A DNA stretch of 62,531 nucleotides, counting the filler, from Candidatus Babelota bacterium (GTDB lineage: Bacteria; JAGOBX01), in the NCBI GenBank assembly GCA_017999075.1. It is 10 parts of 10 records of this genome, joined end to end, with 100 filler letters (N's around TTAATTAATTAA, not from the genome) between each part and the next. Parts side by side here need not be neighbours in the genome. Positions count along the whole stretch, not along the records: positions 12,606 to 18,791 come from JAGOBX010000228.1; positions 18,892 to 25,072 come from JAGOBX010000229.1; positions 25,173 to 31,340 come from JAGOBX010000230.1; 7 more parts are not named here. The stretch is one strand, 5' to 3'. A program made the translations under genes and the position numbers. Each line of letters opens with the position of its first letter. Position 1 is the stretch's first letter. The notes under the pieces are model-generated. The model saw only the letters and a program-made list of their open reading frames with translations. It did no database searches and was not told where the DNA came from. Below are positions 18,375-27,512 of this stretch, piece after piece.

Positions 18375-18791
18375 ATGAGCGAAAAATCAAAAGACAAATT
18401 TTTTGCCGAATCGCACGGCAAATTATTAACTGTCAAGCTCGGGGATCAGGAATACGGAGTGCCGATCCACGAAGCAAGAGAGGTTGTAGGAATGCTTAAT
18501 ATTGATCCTGTACCGCGTACTCCTAATTTTATGAAAGGCGTAATCAATCTCCGCGGAAAAATAGTACCTGTAATAGATTTACGCTTAAAATTCGGATTGG
18601 AAGAAAAAAAAGTCAGCAAAGAAACCTGTATAATAGTTGTTGATATTTCAGGAAAAATGACAGGAATTATTGTTGATCAACTCATAGGAGTCGTTACAGT
18701 GGATGCTGAAAATTACGAACCGTCACCCAGACTTGGAAGCAATATAAACGCAGAATTTATTTCAGAGATGGTAAAGCTTGAAAAACGAGTC
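18375..18791 (+). CDS. cheW: CheW, 3'-truncated
   Basis: VPRTPNFMKGVINLRGKIVPVIDLR; GGAGGTG RBS. Confidence 0.95.
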
Positions 18792-18891
18792 NNNNNNNNN
18801 NNNNNNNNNNNNNNNNNNNNNNNNNNNNNNNNNNNTTAATTAATTAANNNNNNNNNNNNNNNNNNNNNNNNNNNNNNNNNNNNNNNNNNNN

Positions 18892-19260
18892 GAAAGAACT
18901 TTCCGCAAAATCAAATTTCGTTTTGCCGGTCTGTTTGATTTTATTCAAAAATTCGGTGATTTCAAATTCAGTCCATATTTTTTTATAAACTTTATAGCCC
19001 CAATTTTTAATCTCTGCTTCTGAACAATTATTTATATCCAAAGTTTTTTTATTTGAAGGCTTTGCTATTTCAGTTTCTTTTTTTAATCCTGTTAATTCTA
19101 CTAACTTTTCAACAAGTCTTTGAAATGAAGGGTTATCCTTTATAGCATTTACGCAACCGAGATTAAAAAGAACACGATGTTTAACATTCTCACCTTCGCG
19201 GTATGATTCTGCTATTTGAGCATATTGATTATTTTTTGATTTAGTTATTTTTATAAACAT
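18892..19260 (-). CDS. IS1634-family transposase, N-terminal part
   Basis: MFIKITKSKNNQYAQIAESYREGENVKHRVLFNLG...NWGYKVYKKIW. TTGACA-17-TATATT ends 6 nt before the ATG, suggesting a leaderless mRNA. Confidence 0.85.
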
Positions 19261-19443
19261 ACTACAAATATATCACAATTAAATACAATTGTCAAGTAAA
19301 ATTGTAGTTTTTTAACAAAATGACAAAAAAAGTTTAGACTACATTTGTTCCTGAAAAGCAAAAACTTTAATCGCAAGGCTTTGTTTTTCAAACAGTTATG
19401 AAATTAAAATGCCTGTTTTTTTATCCCAACTGACAAACTCAGG
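18892..19443 (-). mobile_element. IS1634-family insertion sequence, left end plus start of transposase
   Basis: Minus-strand end CCTGAGTTTGTCAG at 19443 resembles IS1634-type termini; transposase begins 183 bp inside; truncated by contig edge. Confidence 0.75.
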
Positions 19444-19740
19444 AAAACATAATCCTTGCTCAAATATAAAACGATTGCAGGAACAAATGATTACTCGTCA
19501 GCCAATACGCGATTATGAAAATTTATTCAAGCACATTTGGGCAGATCAGGAACTGCGGTATTACTATCTATCATTTTCTATACAGGCGCTAGATGTGATG
19601 ATGTTATCAAACTTAAAACTGCCAATATCTTCGAAATAAATAATGGCCATTTCATTGAATATTTTGAGGAAAAGACAGGCAAAAAACGAAGTATATCATT
19701 ACACCCAGGAATTAATGGATACTTTGCCTTATATTACTCA
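19444..19740 (+). pseudogene. Tyrosine recombinase/integrase remnant, frameshifted and truncated
   Basis: HNPCSNIKRL...YENLFKHI in one frame, then IIFYTGARCDDVIKLK...EEKTGKKRSISL (box I Arg, catalytic Lys) in another; no HxxR or Tyr. Right boundary approximate. Confidence 0.7.
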
Positions 19741-19812
19741 TCAATCTTTATTTTTATCAAGTGTAAATGCTGTTTTAGAAAATGCTGTATAAATAAATTT
19801 TTCAGACCAAAT

Positions 19813-19847
19813 AAAAAAGGCCATTTCAGATTTCTCTGAAACGGCCT
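19813..19847 (-). terminator. Intrinsic terminator after tRNA-Asp
   Basis: AGGCCGTTTCAGA-GAAA-TCTGAAATGGCCT-TTTTT on minus strand. Confidence 0.8.
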
Positions 19848-19876
19848 CTAAACCAACTGATAATAAATCAGTTAAA

Positions 19877-19954
19877 TGGCGGGAGCGACGAGACTTGAAC
19901 TCGCGGCCTCCTGCGTGACAGGCAGGCGTTCTAAACCAACTGAACTACGCCCCC
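19877..19954 (-). tRNA. tRNA-Asp(GTC)
   Basis: GGGGGCGTAGTTCAGTTGGTTTAGAACGCCTGCCTGTCACGCAGGAGGCCGCGAGTTCAAGTCTCGTCGCTCCCGCCA: cloverleaf, GTC anticodon, encoded CCA. Confidence 0.97.
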
Positions 19955-20039
19955 GAATTTAAAGCACATAATATTATATAAATAAAAAAAGTCAATATAT
20001 TTTTATTTTTTTATATATATATTTTTATTTAAGCTAAAT

Positions 20040-20816
20040 TTATCTACCCTCAAATCTTAATTTTATCCTCCTTGTGGGTTCAACTCCTATACTTTCAGAT
20101 TTTATATTTGACTTATTCGACAAATAATTATGAATAATTTTCCGTTCTGTATTGCTCATTGGCGGCAATGTTACGTCTTTTTTAAAACGCTTTAATTTCT
20201 GAATAGAATTTTCCGCAAGTTTTTCAAGAGCTTCAACTCTTTTATGTCTATAATTTTCAGAATCAAGAACAACACTAATTTTATTTTCACGATTATTATT
20301 TAAAATAGTGTTTACTATTAATTGTAATGAACTCAATGTTTTTCCATGTTTTCCTATCAATAACGAACTGTCCGGAGAAATTATTTCAACACTGATAATT
20401 CCTCCATCCTGAACATTAGATTTCAATTCAAAAGAAGACAGATTCATTTTCGAAAAAATTTCATTTAATAAATTTTCTGTTTCCTTAACTTCATTTTCAG
20501 TAATAACAACCTGATTCTTTTTCACGGCATTTTGTACGTCAGAATTTTTAAAATTTTGAGATTTTGAAGGTTGCGTCTGCTGCTGCTGAACTGCCTGCTG
20601 ATGATGTACTGAAGAAGTATGGTTTTTCTGATTATTGTTTCCCGAATCTTCGTATTCAATTTTAATTTTCGCATTTTTATTTCCTGTAAGTCCAAGAAAA
20701 TCCTTGTCTCCTTTTTCAAGAATAGTAATTTTCACATCATTCCTATTCTTATTAATTTTTTTTAATCCTTCATAAATAGCGGATTCAATAGTATCCGCCT
20801 GAATGATAATTTCCAT
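20040..20816 (-). CDS. jag: Jag/KhpB (EloR) RNA-binding protein
   Basis: Jag_N; KH LLIGKHGKTL; R3H ERKIIH; follows yidC. Confidence 0.93.
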   Translation of the reverse strand: MEIIIQADTIESAIYEGLKKINKNRNDVKITILEKGDKDFLGLTGNKNAKIKIEYEDSGNNNQKNHTSSVHHQQAVQQQQTQPSKSQNFKNSDVQNAVKKNQVVITENEVKETENLLNEIFSKMNLSSFELKSNVQDGGIISVEIISPDSSLLIGKHGKTLSSLQLIVNTILNNNRENKISVVLDSENYRHKRVEALEKLAENSIQKLKRFKKDVTLPPMSNTERKIIHNYLSNKSNIKSESIGVEPTRRIKLRFEGR

Positions 20817-20819
20817 AAA

Positions 20820-22604
20820 TCATTTCACTCCTTTTTTAGCTGATAATTTATTTTGGTATAATTGTTGTAAAATTGATATTATATTGAATGCAGTCCAATA
20901 TAATATAAGTCCAGCAGGCATTCTAAGAAACATAAACGTAAAAATAAAAGGAAGTATCATCATAGTTTTCTGCTGTTCCGGAGGAGCAGGCGTCAATTTC
21001 TGCTGTATAAACATTGTACCGCCCATTATAATCGGCAAAATATACGTAGGATCAGCAGCAGACAAATCTCTAATATAAAAAAATACTGCGCCCCGCAATT
21101 CTATAGCATATTCTAACATTCTATAAAGCCCTATAAAAATCGGAAGTTGTAAAAGCATAGGAAGACAGCCGCCAAGCGGATTTATTTTATATTCTTTATA
21201 CAACCTCATAGTTTCTTGTTGAATTTTAGTTTTATCATCTCCATATTTTTCTTTCAATTCCTGAATTTTAGGTTGAAGTTTTTTCATTTCTTCCATAGCA
21301 TTCATGCTTTTAGCTTTCAACGGATACATTATTACGTTTATTAATATTGTCAAAAGTATTATTGCCGCACCATAATTTGGAATAATATTATAAAAGAATT
21401 TTAATACTTTTAAAAGCAATAAAGCAAGCGCTCCGAACCAGCCGTAATCCATAGATTCTTCAAGTTTTTTTCCAGGCATAACACTCTTAAGCAAATAATA
21501 CTCTTTTGGTCCAACAAAAATATTAAAATTTAAATCTATACTATTTTTATCAAACTGCAAAGGAGTAGTCAAATATCTGTATCCGACATTTGTTTTTGTT
21601 GAATATAACTCTATTCTGTTCGAAGGAATATTATCAACCATCATAGCAGTTAAAAAATAATTTGAATTTAAACCAAACCATTTAATATTTGAAGCCTGAA
21701 TGAATTTTTTATAAATTTCATCATTATTTTTTAAAGATAATGTTTGGATGGATGTGTCAAGAAAACCAGAACCAGGATTTTCTTTTTCAAACGATTCATT
21801 TTGATAATAAACAAATATATTAGGTTTATCATGTTCAATAAAAATTCCTGAAGTCCATTTTATTGAAAGCCCTGAAATATATTTTTCATTTGTTTCAGGA
21901 TTCGTTATCTGTATATTTGATAAGTTATCTATATTTGAATTATCCGGTTTTAGAATTTTTAATTTTAATTTAATTAAATAAGAATCATCCGATATTTCAA
22001 ATGACTTTATAACAGTCATTCCTGAAGGAAGAAAACTTTTAACTAATTTTCCTTCTTCAAGATAATATCCGGCAGTCTTATATTCAAAACTTATTGATGT
22101 ATCAGTTGAATTTAACACTTCGAAATTTACTTTCGATAATTCCCCATTATTTTCCATATCCGTCAATAAAATATTTTCATTTAAAACACGATGAGTATAA
22201 TCGGTAAAATCAAGAGTATCAGAAGTGGAAATATATTTAAATTCATTTAAATATATATTTGTTATACAGGCGCCTTTATTAGAAAACTGTAAAGTATATT
22301 TTTTAGTTACTTTTAAAATTTTACGTTCCTCTACAGTTTTTGACAAAATCGATTCATTAAGTTTAGTGTCGTATGAAACAACTGAAGTCTCAGATAATGA
22401 AGACGTTTTTTGCGAAGTTTCTGTATTCTGCAATACTGTGCCAAAATTTTCATTTTGTGGCATTTCTCTATTTAATGATGTGCCTGTATCTTCTTTTAAT
22501 TCAGGAATAGATACCGGGTTATTATATTTTTCCATTACAAACATATTATAAAAAAATATAAGTATAAAAGAAAAAATTACAGCTATTAAAATACGTTTTT
22601 CCAT
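20820..22604 (-). CDS. yidC: Membrane insertase YidC (long periplasmic form)
   Basis: GPK, DYGWF, NPLGGCLPMLLQLPIF, PAGLILYW. Confidence 0.96.
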   Translation of the reverse strand: MEKRILIAVIFSFILIFFYNMFVMEKYNNPVSIPELKEDTGTSLNREMPQNENFGTVLQNTETSQKTSSLSETSVVSYDTKLNESILSKTVEERKILKVTKKYTLQFSNKGACITNIYLNEFKYISTSDTLDFTDYTHRVLNENILLTDMENNGELSKVNFEVLNSTDTSISFEYKTAGYYLEEGKLVKSFLPSGMTVIKSFEISDDSYLIKLKLKILKPDNSNIDNLSNIQITNPETNEKYISGLSIKWTSGIFIEHDKPNIFVYYQNESFEKENPGSGFLDTSIQTLSLKNNDEIYKKFIQASNIKWFGLNSNYFLTAMMVDNIPSNRIELYSTKTNVGYRYLTTPLQFDKNSIDLNFNIFVGPKEYYLLKSVMPGKKLEESMDYGWFGALALLLLKVLKFFYNIIPNYGAAIILLTILINVIMYPLKAKSMNAMEEMKKLQPKIQELKEKYGDDKTKIQQETMRLYKEYKINPLGGCLPMLLQLPIFIGLYRMLEYAIELRGAVFFYIRDLSAADPTYILPIIMGGTMFIQQKLTPAPPEQQKTMMILPFIFTFMFLRMPAGLILYWTAFNIISILQQLYQNKLSAKKGVK

Positions 22605-22829
22605 TTAAATTATATCGTCAACTCCTCCATCGCAAAACGGATGACATCTAAATAAGCGGTATAAAGACAAATATGAACCTTTTAAGATACCATATTTATT
22701 CAATGCTTTAATTGCATAATCCGAACAACTCGGATAAAATCTGCATGCAGAAGGCAAAACTTTACTTATTGAAATCTGATAAAACTTTATAACAAGCACT
22801 GCACATTTTACAATTTTTTTATATACCAT
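22605..22829 (-). CDS. yidD: Membrane protein insertion efficiency factor YidD
   Basis: CRFYPSCSDY, RCHPF. Confidence 0.95.
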   Translation of the reverse strand: MVYKKIVKCAVLVIKFYQISISKVLPSACRFYPSCSDYAIKALNKYGILKGSYLSLYRLFRCHPFCDGGVDDII

Positions 22830-23181
22830 TTTTCAATAAACCTTTTAAAAAAATCAATTTATCTAAAGATTTTACAGTTTCCGAATAATTACGTACAGCA
22901 CTGTTTTTTCTTGGAATTATAATTAAATCAAAAGAAACAGGGAATTTTTTATGATTCAGTCTGAAATATTCCCTAGCCATACGTCTTATTTTGTTTCGTT
23001 TAACTGCGCTCAAACTATACTTTTTAGAAGCTATTATGCAGATTCTTGAGAAATCAAGATTATTCTGCCGCGCATACACTACAAAATTATTATCAGAAAC
23101 AGATTTCCCATTATTGAAAACATTAGAAATATCGTTTTCTTTTGATAATCTGTAATGTTTGTGAAACTTAAAATCAGGCAT
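22819..23181 (-). CDS. rnpA: RNase P protein
   Basis: SKK...AVKRNKIRR motif; position between rpmH and yidD. Confidence 0.93.
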   Translation of the reverse strand: MPDFKFHKHYRLSKENDISNVFNNGKSVSDNNFVVYARQNNLDFSRICIIASKKYSLSAVKRNKIRRMAREYFRLNHKKFPVSFDLIIIPRKNSAVRNYSETVKSLDKLIFLKGLLKNGI

Positions 23182-23196
23182 TAAAATATGTAACGT

Positions 23197-23331
23197 CTAT
23201 TTGGAAAGCGTTTTTCTGCCTTTTGCTCTTCTGCGGCTTAATACTTGTCTGCCTTTACTGGAAGACATTCTTGTTCTAAACCCATGTTTATGCTTGCTTT
23301 TTAATTTACTCGGTTGAAATGTTCTTTTCAT
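23197..23331 (-). CDS. rpmH: 50S ribosomal protein L34
   Basis: Not in ORF track: [52 protein letters not shown]. Confidence 0.97.
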   Translation of the reverse strand: MKRTFQPSKLKSKHKHGFRTRMSSSKGRQVLSRRRAKGRKTLSK

Positions 23332-23390
23332 TGTTAATTTTTACACTCCTTAAGTGATTCATTTATATTTTCAAAATTGAAATTATTTTT

Positions 23391-23738
23391 TTAAAAAAGT
23401 CCTGGTATGTTTAATCCGCCCAAACCTTTTGTCAATCCGCCAAAATTTTGTTCAGTTGCCTGAGATAACTTTTTATTTCCGTCCTGAAAAGCCGCTATAA
23501 TAGAGTCCTCCAGCAATTCAACATCATTTGGATCTACAATATCTTTATTTATTTTAATAGATTTTAATTCTCCGTCTCCTGATAAAATCAGTTTAACCAT
23601 ACCGCCTGCTGCAGTTCCTTCAAACTCCGATGACTTCAATGATTCCTGAGCTTTAGCAAGATCTTCCTGCATTTTTTTAGCTTGTTTCATCAAATTAGGC
23701 ATTCCGCCGCCCATACCGCCATGAAATTTTTTAGACAT
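23391..23738 (-). CDS. ybaB: YbaB/EbfC nucleoid-associated protein
   Basis: LMKQAKKMQ, AGGMV, DPNDVELLEDSIIAA; follows dnaX. Confidence 0.93.
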   Translation of the reverse strand: MSKKFHGGMGGGMPNLMKQAKKMQEDLAKAQESLKSSEFEGTAAGGMVKLILSGDGELKSIKINKDIVDPNDVELLEDSIIAAFQDGNKKLSQATEQNFGGLTKGLGGLNIPGLF

Positions 23739-23781
23739 AAATAATTAACCTCTGATTCAATTTGAATTATTTAAAAATATT

Positions 23782-25072
23782 TCAAACAGTTTTAACATCA
23801 ACAATAGATCCTCCAAAAATATTCAATGCCTGTTTTACAGAAGGATTGTCAATCAATTCTTCTTTTTTTGAAGATGACGCTTTTTTTCCCTGTTTTAAAG
23901 AATTTTCCTTTTCAAATCTTACTGATTGCCTTACATTAAATCCTTTTAAAAACTCATTTAATTTATTTACAATTTCTGAACTGTTAAGTCTGTCAAAATA
24001 CAGGCTTTTAACTTCAGCTATTATTTCAGTTTCTGTAATTGAAATAATATTTGTTTTTTTCAAATATTCGCCTAAAGGTCCTTCCAAAGTTAAACTAAAT
24101 TCTTCAAATAAAAGTTTTATATTATTTAAATCATTAAAAGTGTCAATATTTTTTTTTTGTTCAAAATATATCCCCTTATTTTCTTCTGAATTTTTTTCAG
24201 CGTTAAAATCTGAAGAAATATCATCTCCTGTATTATTAAAACCGGCAATATTATTATTTGAAATATTCAATTTTCCTGAAGAAATCATCAACTCAAGTTT
24301 TTTTATATGTTCTTTAACCTCATCAAAATCAGGTTCATTAATCAAACGTAGTATTTTAAAAAATGTAATTTCAAAAAGCATATTAGTAAAAGATGTGAAT
24401 TTTAAATCACGCATAAAATTAAGCAATTCTTCGATTATTTGAATTATTTTATTAGACGAAATCTTTTTTGATAATTCCGTAAACCTCACATCTTTATTTT
24501 TTTCTTCTGATTTTATTTTTTTAAAATACAGCATATCTCTTAAAAATTGAACATAATCTTTTGAAAACTGGTTTATATCATACCCTGCATTTATAATTTT
24601 TTCTATAATGTCAAATGTTTTTTTATGATTTAGAGTAAAAAGATTTTCGGATAATTCATACAAGGTTTGCTGAGGAGTCACTCCAAGTGTTTCTCTTACA
24701 TCTTTTAAAGTTACTGTTTTTCCGGAATATGACAATACATGATCAAGAAGACTTTCAGAATCACGCATACTGCCTTCTCCCAGTTTGGCTATTTCTGAAA
24801 CAGCGTCTTCATCAAAATCAATTTTTTCTTTTTTTAATATTTCAGTTAATTCTTTCACAATTTCATTCAAACTTATTTTTCTAAATTGATATATCTGACA
24901 TCTTGAAATAATAGTTTCAGGAACTTTATGCAAATCTGTAGTGGCAAAAATAAATATTGAATGCGCCGGCGGTTCTTCCAGAGTTTTAAGCAATGCGTTA
25001 AATGCGCCCTGCGACAACATATGAACTTCATCTATAATATAAACCTTATATCTTCCTATCATAGGTTTAAAT
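23782..25072 (-). CDS. dnaX: DNA polymerase III gamma/tau, 5'-truncated
   Basis: IIDEVHMLS, FNALLKTLEEPP, TIISRCQ, GSMRDS. Confidence 0.96.
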
Positions 25073-25172
25073 NNNNNNNNNNNNNNNNNNNNNNNNNNNN
25101 NNNNNNNNNNNNNNNNTTAATTAATTAANNNNNNNNNNNNNNNNNNNNNNNNNNNNNNNNNNNNNNNNNNNN

Positions 25173-25349
25173 CCATCTTCATTTAAAAAACGATATGATA
25201 AAACCTGTCATCATCATAACAATAACAAAAGCTCCCACAAGAGGATAAAAATATCCGCCTATCAAAAGTATTAAAGTTATCCACGACAGAATAAGCTGAA
25301 TCTTTTTTCGGCAGTCAACATCTTTTTTTATTTTTTCTTTATCTTCCAT
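25173..25349 (-). pseudogene. Start of a membrane 4Fe-4S-binding (NapH/MauN-like) protein with in-frame TGA near contig edge
   Basis: MEDKEK...GGYFYPLVG...IISFFK*RW; I recall FFKGRxWCG in this family. TGA at 25179-25181. Confidence 0.45.
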
Positions 25350-25475
25350 AAATATTTACCCCATAAAAAATTAAAATTAATTTTTCCGTATTTATATATA
25401 TATAATATTTTGTAAAATGTAAGTTTAAATAATTAAACTATATATTTTCATTATGATATATATAATGCTATCGCA

Positions 25476-25979
25476 TCACATATCATCATATATTGCTCCA
25501 ACCAAATCAAGTTCCAGTTTCAATTCAGGATTATTATTCCAATTATTCATCCTATTTTTTAAATTCGCATGTACTTTTTCTTTCAACTTAATAATTTTCT
25601 GCCATTGTTCTTTGGTTAATATTTTTTTCACTGCAATGCGAAACTCTATACTTTTGTTTCTGACTTTTAAACCTATATCAGTTACCTCATCAGCTTTTTT
25701 TATAATCATTTTTTCTTCAAGAGGCTCATGATTTTTCCAAATTTCAAGCAATTCATCTTTCTGTTTCATAAGCTGTTTTGATAATGGATTTATTGTTTTT
25801 CTCAACTCGGATTGAAGCTCTATTATCTGTTTTTTTTGTTCTGCCGTAAGATCAAGATAATTCGATATAACTGGACGTTCATCATTATCTTTAACGGCAT
25901 TTGTGTCTTCAAAACATAATACTGAATTCACAAATACAACTAACATAAATATAAATAATATTGAACTTATTTTTTTCAT
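25476..25979 (-). CDS. Spy/CpxP-family periplasmic protein
   Basis: Signal peptide; two LTxEQ motifs (LDLTAEQ, ILTKEQ). Confidence 0.8.
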   Translation of the reverse strand: MKKISSILFIFMLVVFVNSVLCFEDTNAVKDNDERPVISNYLDLTAEQKKQIIELQSELRKTINPLSKQLMKQKDELLEIWKNHEPLEEKMIIKKADEVTDIGLKVRNKSIEFRIAVKKILTKEQWQKIIKLKEKVHANLKNRMNNWNNNPELKLELDLVGAIYDDM

Positions 25980-26031
25980 AATTTTTCCCACCTTTATAAT
26001 AAAAAAAATATATTTTCAATAAAAATATTTA

Positions 26032-26060
26032 TTGACAATTCAATTTTACTATAATATATT
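26032..26060 (+). promoter_or_regulatory. Sigma70-type promoter candidate for the encapsulin operon
   Basis: TTGACA (26032)-17 nt-TATATT (26055); AT-rich context lowers specificity. Confidence 0.5.
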
Positions 26061-26102
26061 TATTAAAAAAAAGCAAAAAAATATTTTTAAATTTTTAAAA
26101 CA

Positions 26103-27512
26103 GTGGTGATTATTGTGGAAGAAAAAAATGGTAATCTGCATAGTGTGAGCACAAGGACAGCCCGCAATCTTGCAACAACAACAAAAACAATACCTCAAAT
26201 GACTGCAATAAGCCCAAGATGGCTTCTTAAAATGCTTCCATGGATAAATGTCGAAGCAGGAACATATCGCGTAAACAGAAAAAAAATTATAACTAAAAAA
26301 GATATGAAAATAAATATTGATGTTGGTGCTGAACAGATACAATTAAAACCCGAACAATTAACTTCAATAGCTTCGTTTCTTGATTTAGATGAAAATTTAA
26401 TGAAACTGCTTATCTCAAAATTTGAGGTTGAAAAATTTGATGTTGGTCAAAAACCTATTCCAATCGGTGAACAGATAAAATTTTTTATAATAGCAAAAGG
26501 AAAAATCGAACTGCATAAAATAGGTTCATTTGGTCAAAAAATTGTTCTTAAAGTACTATCTGACGGCAATTATTTTGGAGATTTATGTTTTGTCGGAGAA
26601 CAACTTGGTCAAGTTTATGCGAAAGCATTATCACCATGTATTCTTCTTTCAATGAAATCAGAACAATTCCAGAAGTTTATGGAAGTGGTTCCTGATATAA
26701 GAGAACGTATGGATACAGCGAAAAAAAGAATGGAAAAACAATCAGAGTTATCTGATGAATACGGAGAAAAAAAAATAAATGTTTCATCTGCATATGAAGG
26801 AGAACCTGATATTTCAGAAACATTTATTGACTACGAAGATGAACCATTGGAATATCCATTAAGCATAATTCAAAGTATTTTAACAGTTCATACAAGAGTA
26901 ACTGACATTTATAATAATCCTATAAATCAGCTGCGTGAGCAGTTAAGACTGACCATTGAAGCAATGAAAGAACAACAAGAACGTGAAATTATTTGTAACC
27001 CTGAATTCGGTTTAATAAATGCGGTATCTTCGTCCTCTCATATAACAACAAGAGGCGGTTCTCCAACCCCTGATGATATGGATGAATTATTAACGAGAGT
27101 GTGGAAAAAACCTTCTTTTTTTCTTGCTCATCCGCGCGCAGTGGCAGCATTCGGAAGAGAATGTACCCGCAGAGGAGTTCCACCTGTAGTAACAGATAAA
27201 TTCGGAAGTCCTTTTATAACTTGGCGCGGAGTACCTATAATACCATCAGACAAGGTTCCTGTTGACGAGCGTGGTATGACAAAAATATTATTAATGCGTA
27301 CAGGCGAAAGTGAGCAAGGTATAGTCGGATTACATCAAATAGGTATACCTGATGAAGTGATGCCGGGATTATCAGTGCGTTTTATGGGTATTAATAAAAA
27401 ATCAATTGCTTCCTATCTTGTTACTCTGTATTTTTCTGTAGCTGTACTTGTAGATGATGCGTTAGGCGTCCTTGATAATGTTGAGGTATCTAATTATTAT
27501 GAATATAAATAA
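26103..27512 (+). CDS. Family 2B encapsulin shell protein (SrpI/MMPI-like, with cNMP-binding-domain insertion)
   Basis: ARNLATTTKTIPQM..ISPRWLL..LPW...GTYRVNR; insert with GKIELHK...GNYFGD; TFIDYEDEP.EYPLS, PTPDDMDELL, FGRECTRRGVPP, WRGVPIIPSDK. Confidence 0.92.
   Translation: MVIIVEEKNGNLHSVSTRTARNLATTTKTIPQMTAISPRWLLKMLPWINVEAGTYRVNRKKIITKKDMKINIDVGAEQIQLKPEQLTSIASFLDLDENLMKLLISKFEVEKFDVGQKPIPIGEQIKFFIIAKGKIELHKIGSFGQKIVLKVLSDGNYFGDLCFVGEQLGQVYAKALSPCILLSMKSEQFQKFMEVVPDIRERMDTAKKRMEKQSELSDEYGEKKINVSSAYEGEPDISETFIDYEDEPLEYPLSIIQSILTVHTRVTDIYNNPINQLREQLRLTIEAMKEQQEREIICNPEFGLINAVSSSSHITTRGGSPTPDDMDELLTRVWKKPSFFLAHPRAVAAFGRECTRRGVPPVVTDKFGSPFITWRGVPIIPSDKVPVDERGMTKILLMRTGESEQGIVGLHQIGIPDEVMPGLSVRFMGINKKSIASYLVTLYFSVAVLVDDALGVLDNVEVSNYYEYK

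Noticed and set aside
18375-19260. IS1634 inserted into cheW
   Set aside because: The two are on different contigs separated by a spacer.
23762-24442. 226-aa plus-strand ORF and the other short antisense or overlapping ORFs in the track (e.g. 55271-55744, 8795-9115)
   Set aside because: Shadows of well-supported genes on the opposite strand or in another frame; no motifs.
25179-25181. TGA recoded as Gly/Trp (alternative genetic code)
   Set aside because: cheR, cheB, dnaX, yidC and hydB end at TGA at the expected positions.
25277-25285. DnaA-box-like TTATCCACG as an oriC sign
   Set aside because: Single imperfect box inside a reading frame, on a different contig from rpmH.
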